Source of the DNA: an uncultured bacterium
GTDB taxonomy: Bacteria; Verrucomicrobiota; Verrucomicrobiia; Limisphaerales; UBA8199
DNA: 64,000 nt
Direction of reading: 5' to 3'
NCBI GenBank assembly: GCA_963749495.1
Contig: CAVVMW010000001.1
Location: 608,001-672,000 of the forward strand
The notes beneath the pieces are model-generated. The model worked only from the letters and a program-made list of their open reading frames with translations. It had not been told where the DNA came from and ran no database searches. Shown here one piece after another: positions 20,078-30,829 of the stretch. Position 1 is the stretch's first letter. Each line of letters opens with the position of its first letter. A program made the translations under genes and the position numbers.

Positions 20078-22136
20078 TCATTTTTTCCAGGCGGGTTCAA
20101 GCTCGAGATAGGCCGTGTGAATGCCGCGCAGGACTTTCATGACAACGGACGGCTTCTTGTCTTGCGCGATCTTTCCCATGACCGTCTTGAGCGATTCGAC
20201 ATTGCTGACCGGTTGGCCGTCCACTTCAACGATCAAATCGTCCACCGCCAGCGAGCCCAGAGCGGCCCAGCTTCCGGACTTAACGTCCTCGACCAGGGCG
20301 CCGCGCTGGTCCGCGGGCCATTGCTCCTCGGCAACGTCGAAGAAGGCGATGTCGCGGGAGGTGAACTCGAAATCGTCGTTGCGGTATTTTTTCATCTCGC
20401 GCTTGAGCTTGGGGGAACGGGCCAGTTCGACGGGGACCTTGAGCTCGGCCTTATCGCGCAGGACGGTAAGCTGCACCTGGGCGCCGGTGTCGTATTGCCG
20501 GATGAGCGCGGCCAATTCCTCTTCGTGTTCGGGGCCGGAGGCGGTGAGCTTCTCGCCGTCGAGGGCGGTGATGAAGTCGCCCGGTTTGAGCCCGGCCTTT
20601 TGCGCGGTGGTGCCGGGATAGACCTGGGTGACGTAGAAGCCCTTGAGGTCGGGTTTGCCCAACTGCCGGGCGATGTCGCGGCTGATGACATGGGTCTCGA
20701 CCGGCAGCCAGGCCTTGGTGACCTCGAGGCCCGGGTCGCGCAACTCCTGGATGCCGACCTTGACGACCGTGAAATAGCGGCGCGATTCGCGCTCGAAGGT
20801 GGCAATGACGGGCGTGGGCTCGGTCTTGGCTTGCGTGAGCCGGCGGGTCGCCTCGAGCAGGCCGGCCAGGTCCTTTACCGGGGCGCCATCGACCTCGATG
20901 AGCACGTCTTTGGCCTCCAGGGCCGGTTTGGCCTCGCCGGTCGGTCCCCCGGGCCGGACGGACGTGACCAGGACGCCGTCCTGGCTGGAGCGTTTCATCT
21001 CTTTGGCAACCAGGAAGGAGAGATCGCGCCCGGTCAAGCCCCATTGTTTGAGTTCCTGTTCCTTGGGGTAAAGCTCGGCGCGTTCGACCGGCACCAGGGT
21101 GAAGCTGCGCTCCTTGCCGTCGCGGAGGATCAGGGCGGTGACTTCCTTGCCGATCGGCAGGCTGGTGGCCAGGCGCATGAAATCGGGCATCTCCTCATCG
21201 TAGCGGACATTGGTGGGCGTATCGCCCAGGCGCAGGAGCAGGTCGCCGGGCTGGAGCCCGGTCTTGGCGGCGGGCGAATCGCCGACAATGCCGGCCACCG
21301 AACACGCCGCGGCCGGCCGTGCCGTGTTTGAAACGAGGTTGCGCGTCCAGGCCCAGCCAGCTCCGCCGCACCTTGCCGCGGGCCATGATCTCTTCGGCGA
21401 CGCTGCGGGCGAGGTTGCCGGGAATGGCGCCGCTCAGGCCCAGCGAAATCTCGTTGATGCCGACGATCTCGCCCCGCAGGTTCACCAGCGGGCCGCCGGA
21501 GTTGCCTGGGTAAATCGCCGCATCATGGGCTATCCAGCGGATCAGGGCCCCGACATCCTCGCCGTCGAGTTGAAAACGCCCCATCCCCCCCAGCATCCGC
21601 GGCATGATCATCTCGACGTTGCTGATGATGCCCAGCGTCACCGATTGCGACAGGGCCATCGGGCTGCCCATCGCCAGGACCGAATCGCCGACGCTCATCT
21701 TCGATGAATCCCCGAAGGCCGCCGCCACGAATTGGCGCGGTTCCTCGGGCTTGAGCTTGAGGACTGAGATGTCTGTCAGCGGGTCCGTGCCGATGAGTTG
21801 GGCCTCGACCTCCTCGCGGTTCCACAGCGTGCAGACTATCCGCGCGGCATGGCCCGCCACATGGTGGTTGGTGATCAGGAAGCCGTCTTTGGAGATGATC
21901 GCCCCGCTGCCGACCGCCTGGAACTTGAGCTCGCGGCCCTCCCGGTACTCGGTCGAGACCACATGGATGCGCACCAGGGCCGGGCGCACCCGGCTGATGG
22001 CCGCCTCGAGCGCCGGCCGCGCGTCTCCGGCAACGTCCTCTGTCCCAAGGCATGTCCAACTCCCGGTCAGCAGAAGGTTGGCGGCCACAACCAGACCCAA
22101 GCCAGAGACACATCTCACCCACGTGCTATTGCACAT
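20078..22136 (-). CDS. HtrA/DegP-like serine protease with multiple PDZ domains (frameshift near 21300)
   Basis: TNHHV, TDISV and GNSGGP triad; several PDZ repeats in ORF 20078..21298. Confidence 0.9.
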
Positions 22137-22193
22137 GCGATTTGTTTAATTCAATTCAGGAGATTATCAAGCCGAGATTTGCCCGGCCCCATG

Positions 22194-22280
22194 GGCAGAA
22201 CCATTTGAGTTCACGGCGGAAAAGGCAGAATCATTACTGGCAAAATCATTTTTAGAAGAGTGTTTCTTATGATTGTGCCA
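22194..22280. repeat. GGCAGAATCAT-family element
   Basis: Its reverse complement matches 43023-43110. Confidence 0.8.
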
Positions 22281-22419
22281 ACATTGGTCCTGCTTGCCCC
22301 CGCGCCGGCCGACAGAGTTGGATTGACTTCCGGGTGGCGGAGGCACACGATGGCCTCGATGAAGAGTCGGGCACCTGGTTGGAATCAGCCAGCGGCGGCG
22401 CCCCCATTGGCGCGCCACC

Positions 22420-22479
22420 GACTGTGGACTCTGGACTGTGGACTGTGGACTCTGGACTGTGGACTCTGGACTCTGGACT
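22420..22479. repeat. Heptamer array (GGACTGT/GGACTCT)n
   Basis: About eight units ending 5 nt before the ATG at 22485. Confidence 0.9.
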
Positions 22480-22484
22480 GAGCT

Positions 22485-23219
22485 ATGCCGCACAGGACTC
22501 TTGAGATCAAGGAAGTGGCGCACTACCTGCACCTGGGCGCCCCGGACGTGGAACGGTTGGTCAAGGACCAGGACATCCCTTTCGAGAGGCACGGAGACCG
22601 GGTGGTGTTTCGGAAGGTGGAGATAGATGCCTGGGCCGAGCAACGCATCCTGGGCCTGGAGGGGCGGCGGTTGGCCGAGTATCACCAGAAGGCCTCACGG
22701 GACACGCGGCCGTTCCGCGCGCGCGAGGCGATGATGGCGGAATTGATAGCCGAGCAGTTCATCGAGCCGGCGCTGCCCGCCAAGACGAAGGCCTCGCTGC
22801 TGCGCCACATGGCGGCGTTGGCGGAAAAGACGGGCCGAGTCTGGGACCCGCCTGGGTTGCTGTCGAGCCTGGAGGCGCGGGAGGCGCTCTGCTCGACGGG
22901 TCTGCCCGGCGGCTTGGCGCTGCTGCACGCCCGTTTCCCGGACACTTACATGTTCGAGTCCCCTTTCATCGTCCTGGGCCGGACGGTGCAGCAGATCCCC
23001 TTTGGCGCGCCGGATGGGGGAGCGACCGATTTGTTCTTCCTGCTCTGCTGCCCGGACGACCGGCTGCACCTGCACACTCTGGCGCGGTTGTGCCTGATGG
23101 CGCAGAAAACCGACCTTCTGGCCCAATTGCGCCAGGCAGCCGATGCCGCCGCGATGTGCCAATGCATCCTCGCAGCCGAGGAGACCGTCCTGGGCGGCGC
23201 AACCGTAGCCAGGGCCTAG
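22485..23219 (+). CDS. HTH-PTS EIIA (PtsN/fructose-type) protein
   Basis: N-terminal excisionase-like HTH; REALCSTG..GGLALLHAR and HLHTLARL motifs. Confidence 0.85.
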   Translation: MPHRTLEIKEVAHYLHLGAPDVERLVKDQDIPFERHGDRVVFRKVEIDAWAEQRILGLEGRRLAEYHQKASRDTRPFRAREAMMAELIAEQFIEPALPAKTKASLLRHMAALAEKTGRVWDPPGLLSSLEAREALCSTGLPGGLALLHARFPDTYMFESPFIVLGRTVQQIPFGAPDGGATDLFFLLCCPDDRLHLHTLARLCLMAQKTDLLAQLRQAADAAAMCQCILAAEETVLGGATVARA

Positions 23220-23362
23220 CGCGCCGGACTTCGCGTGACTTTCGCGTCTGACCGGTCCGACCAGTCCGACCAATCCGACCGGTCCCACCGCTCCGACTCC
23301 GCTCAATCCTTGACCGGGGTCAAATCGTGCCATCGGATTTGGGCGATAATGAGGGTGTGAAA

Positions 23363-23695
23363 ATGGATCTCGGGGAGCCGAAGCTCGACCGGCGGTTGTG
23401 GCCCGAGTGGAAGACGATGTCCGTGATGGTCGAGTCCTATTGCCGGGGCCGCCACCATGCCGTCCACGGCCTTTGCCGGGAATGCCGGGAGCTGCTGGAT
23501 TACGCGGCGTTGCGGCTGGAACGCTGCCGGTTCGGAGCGGACAAACCGACGTGCGCCAAATGCCCCGTCCACTGCTACCAGCTCCAACGGCGGGAACAGA
23601 TGCGGGCGGTGATGCGCTATGCCGGTCCCCGCATGATCTGGCAGCACCCCGTCTTGAGCCTGCGCCACTGGGTGAGAGCGATTCAGGCTCAGTAG
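23363..23695 (+). CDS. YgbA / nitrous oxide-stimulated promoter family protein
   Basis: LCRECRELLDYA..RLERC...KPTCAKCPVHCY...VMRYAGPRM. Confidence 0.9.
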   Translation: MDLGEPKLDRRLWPEWKTMSVMVESYCRGRHHAVHGLCRECRELLDYAALRLERCRFGADKPTCAKCPVHCYQLQRREQMRAVMRYAGPRMIWQHPVLSLRHWVRAIQAQ

Positions 23696-25521
23696 CTCAG
23701 CCCAAACCCGAACGGGAAGAGCGGAGCCTCGGCGCCGATCTTGGCCTCGGACGCGCGGGCAAGTTGGTCGTTGGTGCGCGGCCAGGAACGGGGCAGCTTC
23801 CCGCGCGGCTTGGCGTCGCCGAACAAGACGTCGCCCACGCCCTGGCCCTCGGTGCCGGGCAGCCAGGCCGCCACGAAGGCATCGCTCGCTTCGAGGGTCG
23901 CACCCAGCACGAGCGGGCGGCCGGAGAGCAGCACGGTGATAACGGGCGCGCCGGTCTCTTTGGCCTTGGCCACCAGGGCCGCGTCGGCGGCGGAGACCCG
24001 CAGGTCGGTGTGGTCGCCTTTCATCTCGGCGTAGGGCAACTCGCCGATCACCACCAGCACGGCATCGGCCTGGGCGCTGCCCAGGGTCGCGCCGTCCGGC
24101 GAAAAGCTCACGTCAGTCTCGGGGCCGACGCTTTGGCGTATGGCCTTGAGGAGCGTAGTCCCGCCGGGCAGGTTCTGGCCCGCCTGGCCCTGCCAGGAGA
24201 TGGTCCAGCCGCCGCATTGAATGCCCAGGTCGTCGGCGGCCTTGCCTGCCACCGCCAGGCGCTTGATCTTCTTGGAGAGCGGCAGGACGTGGCGGTCATT
24301 CTTGAGCAGGACCAGGGACTGGCGGACGCATTCCCGCGCCACCCGGCGGTGCTCGGCACAGCCCACCGATTCGACCAACTCCGGCGCGGCAAAGGGGTGA
24401 TCGAAGAGTCCCATTTCGTATTTCACGCGCAGGATGCGCACGGCGGCATCATTGATGCGGGCCTGGGACACCTTGCCTTCGGACGCCAACTCCTTGAGCA
24501 GCGTGATGAAGTCCGCGAAATTGTTCCTCTGTCCCGGGCCGTTCGGGATCATGGCCATATCCACGCCCGCGTTGACGGCGCGTTCGATGGCGGTCTTGTA
24601 ATCGGGCGCGAGTTGGTCGATCGCGGCCCAGTCGCTGACCAAGAAGCCCCGGAAGCCCAACTCGCCCTTCAGGACGCCGGTGAGCAGGTATTTGTTGCCG
24701 TGCATCTTCTGGCCGTTCCAACTGCTGTAGGAGACCATGATCGAGCCGGCGCCGGCCTTCACGGCCGCGGCATAGGGGGCCAGGTGTACCGCGCGCAAGG
24801 TGGCCTCGTCGCAGACGTCGTTGCCCTGGTCCACGCCGTTTTGTGTGCCGCCGTCGCCCAGGAAGTGCTTGGGGCAGGCGAGGACGGCGGCGCCGTTGGG
24901 CAGAGGTTGCTGGAAGCCCTTGACGGCCGCCGCGCCCAGGCGCGAAGCCAGGTCCGGCGTCTCGCCAAAGCTCTCATAGGTGCGGCCCCAGCGGATGTCC
25001 TGGGCAACAGCGACGCAGGGCCCAAAGGCCCAATGGATGCCGGTGCCGGCAATCTCCAGGGCGGTGACCTGCGCCGCCCGCCTGACCAGGCCGGGGTTGC
25101 GCGTGGCGCCCAGCCCGATGTTGTGCGGGAAAATCACGGCGCCGAGGACATTGTTGTGCCCGTGGACGGCGTCGATGCCGTAGAGCAGGGGAACCTTGAG
25201 CCGTGTCTTGAGCGCCCACTCCTGATATTCGCGGCACGCCCTGAGCCAGCCCTGCGCGGAGATGTCGGGCGGGTCGGAGTCTCCCCCGCTGAGCATCGAG
25301 CCCAGGCAATATTTCTGGATGTCGGCCTTGTCCTTGATGGCGTTCATGTCGGCCTGGACCATCTGGCCGATCTTCTCGTCGAGGGTCATCCGGGCGAGCA
25401 TGGCCTGGGCCTTGCTGGCGCAATCGCGGCTGCCGGCGGCTGCGGCGCCGGCGCCCGACAGGCCCACCGCGCAGAACACCATATAGCCAAGTAACTTAAG
25501 CTCGTTGTTCATGGGCGCCAT
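23689..25521 (-). CDS. GH3 beta-glucosidase
   Basis: DAVHG, WGRTYESF, KHFLGDG, VSDW and AWLPGTEG motifs; signal peptide. Confidence 0.95.
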   Translation of the reverse strand: MAPMNNELKLLGYMVFCAVGLSGAGAAAAGSRDCASKAQAMLARMTLDEKIGQMVQADMNAIKDKADIQKYCLGSMLSGGDSDPPDISAQGWLRACREYQEWALKTRLKVPLLYGIDAVHGHNNVLGAVIFPHNIGLGATRNPGLVRRAAQVTALEIAGTGIHWAFGPCVAVAQDIRWGRTYESFGETPDLASRLGAAAVKGFQQPLPNGAAVLACPKHFLGDGGTQNGVDQGNDVCDEATLRAVHLAPYAAAVKAGAGSIMVSYSSWNGQKMHGNKYLLTGVLKGELGFRGFLVSDWAAIDQLAPDYKTAIERAVNAGVDMAMIPNGPGQRNNFADFITLLKELASEGKVSQARINDAAVRILRVKYEMGLFDHPFAAPELVESVGCAEHRRVARECVRQSLVLLKNDRHVLPLSKKIKRLAVAGKAADDLGIQCGGWTISWQGQAGQNLPGGTTLLKAIRQSVGPETDVSFSPDGATLGSAQADAVLVVIGELPYAEMKGDHTDLRVSAADAALVAKAKETGAPVITVLLSGRPLVLGATLEASDAFVAAWLPGTEGQGVGDVLFGDAKPRGKLPRSWPRTNDQLARASEAKIGAEAPLFPFGFGLSY

Positions 25522-25566
25522 CTAATGCACGGGATGCGCAAGGTTGTCAACCAACAATGGAGCATG

Positions 25567-25830
25567 GGAGTGCGCCCGTCCTCGGGCGCAGCGACGTCCG
25601 CAGCCAGGGCAGCGCCTTACTGCACCGGACTTTGAGTGACTTTCAGGACCTTTGTCGCAGCCTTTGTCGAGACCTTTGTCGAAATCCGGCTCAGCTCGAC
25701 AAAGGCTCCGACAAAGGCTGCGACAAAGATGCCAAAGTCATCCAAAGTCGGGTGCAATAGGGCGGCGGTCAAATACTCCGGCGCGCCTGCCCGCTCCGTC
25801 GCTGCTGCGCCCGGGGACGGGCGCACTCCG
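25567..25830. mobile_element. Palindromic element interrupted by an IR-bounded insert carrying the CGACAAAG 12-mer array
   Basis: Compared with the uninterrupted copy at 13682-13790 there is a ~150-bp insert (25614-25763) with ~29-bp imperfect IRs. Confidence 0.8.
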
Positions 25831-25918
25831 GGGGATACGCCCGCCGTGTGTCCGGCGCGGTTTTGGGCCTGGACACTCAACGCGGATTGCCGTACACCGT
25901 CAAAGAGACTTGGTCTCC

Positions 25919-27484
25919 ATGAGTGCTGAACCACAGGCCGCCGAGCGGCCAAGCGACACCAAACCGGCCGCCGTGCGCTGGCCGCCGCAGATCAGGTACA
26001 TCATCGGGAACGAGGCCTGCGAGCGTTTCAGCTACTATGGCATCCGTGGCATCCTGGCCCTCTACATCAGCGTCGTGTTGTTTCATGACCTGCCGAAGGG
26101 TGAGGCCAAGGACCGGGCCACCGAGATCATCCACCTGTGGGTCTTCGCAAATTACTTTTCGGCCCTGTTGGGCGGGTGGCTGAGCGACAAACTTTGGGGC
26201 CGATATCACACGATTTTCTACGTCTCGCTGGTGTATTGCCTGGGCAACCTGACCCTGGCGGCCAGCGTGGGCTCGGCCTGGGGACTCTACGCGGGGCTGG
26301 GGCTGATCGCCCTGGGCTCCGGCGGCATCAAGCCCTGCGTGTCGGCCTTCTGCGGCGACCAGTTCAAACCGGAACAGAGCGCTCTGCTGCAGAAGGCCTA
26401 CGGTTTGTTTTACTGGTCGATCAATTTCGGCTCGTTTTTCGCGTTCCTGGTCGTTCCGTGGCTCAAGGACAAGCTGGGCTATCGCCTGACCACCGGGGCA
26501 TGGCCGCCGAACACTTTCGAGATAACCGGCCTGAGCAGCCCTGCCGCGGTCTGGGGTTATCGCCTGGCCTTCGGAGTGCCCGGGGCGCTGATGCTCCTGG
26601 CCACGCTCATCTTCTGGCTCGGGCGCAAGCATTACATGCGTATCCCGCCTTCCAGCCAGACGAAATCCGCCGGGTTCATGAAGGTCACCTGGTTTGCGCT
26701 GACGAACTGGCGGCGTCAGCCAGGACAGAGCGCCTGGGTCATCGCCCGCCAACGGTTCACTGCGCGGGAGGTGGACGCAGCGCGATCTGTCGGTCCCATC
26801 CTCGCGGTCTTTGCGCCCATCACAATCTTCTGGGCGTTGTTCGACCAGACCTCATCGACCTGGGTAATGCAGGGGAACAAGATGCAATCGTATTTCGCGT
26901 TTGCGATGGGCCGGTTCGAAGGCTTCAAGATCGGCGCCGAGCAGATGCAGTCGATGAATCCCTTGCTGGTGATGATGCTGGTGCCGTTGACCCTTTGGCT
27001 GTATCCGCGCATCGAGAAGCTGTTGGGAATCCGGGTCTCACCGCTGCGGCGGATGGGCGCGGGCCTGGTGCTCGCCGCGCTCGCCTACGTCGTGGTGGGC
27101 CTGCTCCAGACCCGGGTGGACGCCGGGGCGCAGATGAGCGTGCTGTGGCAAACGCTTCCCTATTTCATGCTGACCACGGGCGAGGTGCTCCTCTCGACCA
27201 CGGGTTTGGAGTTTGCCTTCACCCAGGCGGCGGCGGAGATGAAGAGCACTATCATGAGCTTTTGGCTGGTGACCGTGGCCATCGGCAACCTCTACGTGCC
27301 GATCCTGACCAAGCTCAAAGGCGCCTTGATCCACACGGCCGCCGGCGGGGGCGAAAGCGCCTCCGTCAATGCCTCCACCTTCTATCTCTACGCCGGCCTG
27401 ACGTTCGCGGTGGCGATCCTTTTCACGCTCGTCGCTACCCGTTACAAGGAGCGCCAACTCGAATTGACCAGCCCGCAGGGCTGA
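25919..27484 (+). CDS. POT/PTR family oligopeptide:H+ symporter
   Basis: EACERFSYYG, GGIKPCV and FYWSINFGS motifs. Confidence 0.95.
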   Translation: MSAEPQAAERPSDTKPAAVRWPPQIRYIIGNEACERFSYYGIRGILALYISVVLFHDLPKGEAKDRATEIIHLWVFANYFSALLGGWLSDKLWGRYHTIFYVSLVYCLGNLTLAASVGSAWGLYAGLGLIALGSGGIKPCVSAFCGDQFKPEQSALLQKAYGLFYWSINFGSFFAFLVVPWLKDKLGYRLTTGAWPPNTFEITGLSSPAAVWGYRLAFGVPGALMLLATLIFWLGRKHYMRIPPSSQTKSAGFMKVTWFALTNWRRQPGQSAWVIARQRFTAREVDAARSVGPILAVFAPITIFWALFDQTSSTWVMQGNKMQSYFAFAMGRFEGFKIGAEQMQSMNPLLVMMLVPLTLWLYPRIEKLLGIRVSPLRRMGAGLVLAALAYVVVGLLQTRVDAGAQMSVLWQTLPYFMLTTGEVLLSTTGLEFAFTQAAAEMKSTIMSFWLVTVAIGNLYVPILTKLKGALIHTAAGGGESASVNASTFYLYAGLTFAVAILFTLVATRYKERQLELTSPQG

Positions 27485-27564
27485 ATACTAAGCAGGCCTG
27501 CAGAAAAGATGTCACACTGGGAATTGACTTTCGCGAGAACGATCGGCCGTTCGCGCTCTGCCTC

Positions 27565-27778
27565 GCGGCCCAACGGGCCGCCGGAACTTAGCCCAGGGCT
27601 GAGGCCGTCAGGCCGATGCCCTGGGTTTTTCGCCACCAACCAGGACCGGCGCCCTGAAAGGGCGCGACAGCCCGTCTGGCGCCCTTTCAGGGCGCGCCCG
27701 GTCTTCCGGAGACCCATTCCCAGGGCATCGGCCTGGTGGCCTCAGCCCTGGGCTGGGCTCTTCCGGCCCTTTGGGCCG
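27565..27778. repeat. Palindromic element (AGCCCAGGGCTGAGG / GCCCTGAAAGGGC family)
   Basis: Fully symmetric; same family as the outer arms at 13603-13873. Confidence 0.85.
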
Positions 27779-27788
27779 GGAATGGGAA

Positions 27789-29819
27789 ATGAGCACTGAA
27801 CTCCCAGGCCGGCCTGTGCCCTGGTGGCGCGCCCGCTACGGTTTTGCGGCGTTTTGTTTTGTGTCGCTGCTGGCCGGGTGGCTCTTGCTGCGCGTCGTGT
27901 TGGTGTGCGCGTTTGCGCCAACCGGTGTGACCCTCTCCCAGGTGCTGCGGGCGCTGGCCGCGGGGTTTCACCGGGACTTCTTCGCGGCCCTGGCCGAGAC
28001 GCTCCCGCTGCTGGCCTGGCTGGCGTTGGTGCCGGACCGCCGGTTCGGGGCGCGCGGGCACAAGCTCCTGCTCCTGGGCGGCAGTTTCATCTTCTGCTTC
28101 GTCCAGATCTTCCTCCTCTTTGTCGAGTTCTTCTTCTTCGAGGAGTTCAGGTCCCGTTTCAACACGGTTGCAGTGGACTACCTGCTTTACCCGCGAGAGG
28201 TCTTTATCAACATCTGGGAATCGTACCACCTGGGCCTGTTCCTGCTGACCTGCCTGGCGCTGACGCTGGGCTGGCTGTTTGCGGCGCGGCGGCTCTTTGG
28301 GCGGATGTGGGAGCGCCCATTCCCGGCCGGCATTCGCTGGCTGCACCTGGCCGGGGCGGCAGGGGTGGCGGCATACCTCGCCGGCCTTCCGGTTCTCTTG
28401 CTCAAATGGCTGCACCTGGCTGGGGCGGCTGCCGCGGCGGCCATACTGGTTCCGACGCTCGATTTCACGGGCGCCAGGGTGGGCGACGACCGCACGGTCA
28501 ACGAACTGGCCAATAACGGCGCCCTGTCGTTTTTCGCGGCGGCCTGGACGCACAACCTCGATTACAGCGCCTTCTACAAGACGATGCCGCTCGAGGAGGC
28601 CTACCGCCGCACCCGCCGGCTCCTGGCCGCTCCGGGGGCCGCGTTCCAGACCAACGGCCCCTCGATTGCGCGCAGCATGGCCGGCGACGCGGCCCGCCCG
28701 CGTTACAACGTGGTCATCCTGCTCGAGGAGAGCCTCGGCTCCGAGTTCTGGGGGTGCCTGGGCCGCCCCGACACGCTCACGCCCGAGATGGACAAACTGG
28801 CGGCCCAGGAGGGCCTGCTCTTCACCAACATCTATGCCTGCGGCAACCGGACGGTCCGCGGGATGGAAGGCGTCCTCTCCTCCTTCCCGCCCCTGCCGGG
28901 GGACTCGATTGTCAAACGCGACCGCTCGGACAACGTCGAGACCCTTGCCCGCGTGCTCAAGCGCGACGGCTACTCGACCCTCTTCCTCTACGGTGGACGC
29001 GGCCTCTTCGATGGCATGCGCTCGTATGCCCTGCGCAACGGCTACGACCGCTTCATCGAACAGAAGCACTTTGCCCATCCGACGTTCACGACGATCTGGG
29101 GCGTTTGCGACGAGGACATCTTCTCCCGGACGATCGAGGAATGCCGCGACCTGGCCAACGCCGGCAAACCGTTCTTCGCCACCGCCCTTTCGGTCTCCAA
29201 CCACAAGCCCTACAGCTACCCCAAGGGCAGAATCCCCGAGGACCCCGCCCGGCGCAGGCGCGAGCATGCCGTCAAGTATTCGGATTTCGCCCTGGGCCGG
29301 TTCTTCAACGACGCCCGCAAGGAGGCCTTTTGGACCAACACCCTCTTTGTGGTTGTGGCCGATCACGGGGCGCGGGTCTATGGGAAGCAGAGCATCCCGA
29401 TCCATTCCTACGAGATTCCCGTGCTCATGGCGGGCCCGGCCCTCATCAAGGGCCCGGACCGCATCGGACAACTGGGCTCCTCGCTCGACGTGTCTCCGAC
29501 CATCCTCGGCCTCATCGGCCGGCCCTATCAAACCCTGTTCTTCGGCCAGGACTTGCTCAAGACCCCTGCCCAGTCAGGCCGCGCCGTCCTGAATCACAAC
29601 CGCGACATTGGGTTGTTGGCGCGCGACCGGCTGGTGGTCCTGGGCCTGATGAAGACCGTTGAGTTCTATGCCGGCGATCCCAAGCGAGTTGACATGGACC
29701 CGCTGGCCCGGACGACCGATGCGGACCACGAACTGGAGCAGGACGCCATCGCCCTCTACCAAGTGGCGGACGACCTCTATGTACACGAGCGCTACCGGAT
29801 TGATGGGCAGGCGCAGTGA
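27789..29819 (+). CDS. LTA synthase family / membrane-anchored sulfatase-fold protein
   Basis: N-terminal TMs; NVVILLEES, NRTVRG, SNHKPY and VADHG motifs. Confidence 0.9.
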   Translation: MSTELPGRPVPWWRARYGFAAFCFVSLLAGWLLLRVVLVCAFAPTGVTLSQVLRALAAGFHRDFFAALAETLPLLAWLALVPDRRFGARGHKLLLLGGSFIFCFVQIFLLFVEFFFFEEFRSRFNTVAVDYLLYPREVFINIWESYHLGLFLLTCLALTLGWLFAARRLFGRMWERPFPAGIRWLHLAGAAGVAAYLAGLPVLLLKWLHLAGAAAAAAILVPTLDFTGARVGDDRTVNELANNGALSFFAAAWTHNLDYSAFYKTMPLEEAYRRTRRLLAAPGAAFQTNGPSIARSMAGDAARPRYNVVILLEESLGSEFWGCLGRPDTLTPEMDKLAAQEGLLFTNIYACGNRTVRGMEGVLSSFPPLPGDSIVKRDRSDNVETLARVLKRDGYSTLFLYGGRGLFDGMRSYALRNGYDRFIEQKHFAHPTFTTIWGVCDEDIFSRTIEECRDLANAGKPFFATALSVSNHKPYSYPKGRIPEDPARRRREHAVKYSDFALGRFFNDARKEAFWTNTLFVVVADHGARVYGKQSIPIHSYEIPVLMAGPALIKGPDRIGQLGSSLDVSPTILGLIGRPYQTLFFGQDLLKTPAQSGRAVLNHNRDIGLLARDRLVVLGLMKTVEFYAGDPKRVDMDPLARTTDADHELEQDAIALYQVADDLYVHERYRIDGQAQ

Positions 29820-29949
29820 AGGGCCCGCGCTGGCGCGCAAGGGTCGGACCGGTCGGACGGGTCGGACCGGTCGGACGGGTGTGCGCCCTCCATGAGCCTC
29901 GCACACGCTCCGGCCTTGCGAAACAGGCGGCGGTTTGCTTTCATTCCAT

Positions 29950-30576
29950 CATGCGAGCAGCCAAGTTGAAAGACGCGGCCGGGCCGATGAGCCCGAGGCT
30001 CCATTGCGCAGCCGTATTGATGGCGTTTGTCTGGCTGAGTTTGAGTTCGCCGGGCGCGGAACTGAAGTTCTATCAGCTTTACCTGAGGTTTGCCGCCGCC
30101 AACCCGGACATCTGGGAGGTCACCTCACCGCTCCTGGTGGACACCAACAACACGGGATACAAGCTCATGAGCGCCCTGACGAACCTGGCCAAGATCAGGA
30201 CCTCCGGCGCGCTTGCCGGTGTGTACCCCGGCATGACGATGGATGAAGTAGTCACCCAATGGGGCAAACCGCCGGAATTGTGGCTCAAAGGCCCGGGCGG
30301 CTCCCGGTTTGTTTATAAGGAAGTCAGTGTCTTCTTCGAGCCTCGAGCAACTCGGTGAAGTCCATCTTCACACACGACCTGCCGCGCCTGGAGCGGACCC
30401 TCTCGATCACGCCGAAGATCGAGGAGTGCGTGCGCGCCTTGGGCGACCCGCAATTCCGCGATGACTCGACTACCGGCAAGCAGTGCTGGCTCATTTACGA
30501 AACGACCCATGCCGTCATCAAGGTCGGCTGTGTCCGGGGCCGGCTCTCGACCATTCAAATGGATCGGCGCGAGTAA
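29950..30576 (+). CDS. Exported hypothetical protein (frameshift near 30342)
   Basis: ORFs 29816..30358 and 30355..30576 join with one added base; signal-like segment; PGMTMDEVVTQWGKP. Confidence 0.55.
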
Positions 30577-30580
30577 GCGG

Positions 30581-30722
30581 GCCCCTCACCCCGGCCCTCT
30601 CCCCTCGAAGGGGAGAGGGAGAGTTCTCGGCAGCGGCTTGAGGAGGCGCAGGCGCCTGGAAGTTCCAGAGACTGCCGACGCTTCTCCCTCTCGCCTCGGA
30701 GGGGAGAGGGCCGGGGTGAGGG
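30581..30722. repeat. Palindromic element, CCCTCACCCC family
   Basis: Near-identical to 46521-46664. Confidence 0.9.
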
Positions 30723-30829
30723 GTCCGCCCGGCGAATCTGCGCCCGCGTTGTCCGACCGGGTACCCCTGGTCGCATTTTTTCAGGCAGGATCGCCTGAGC
30801 GGGTGTAAGGTAACCCCTGAAACCGAGTT

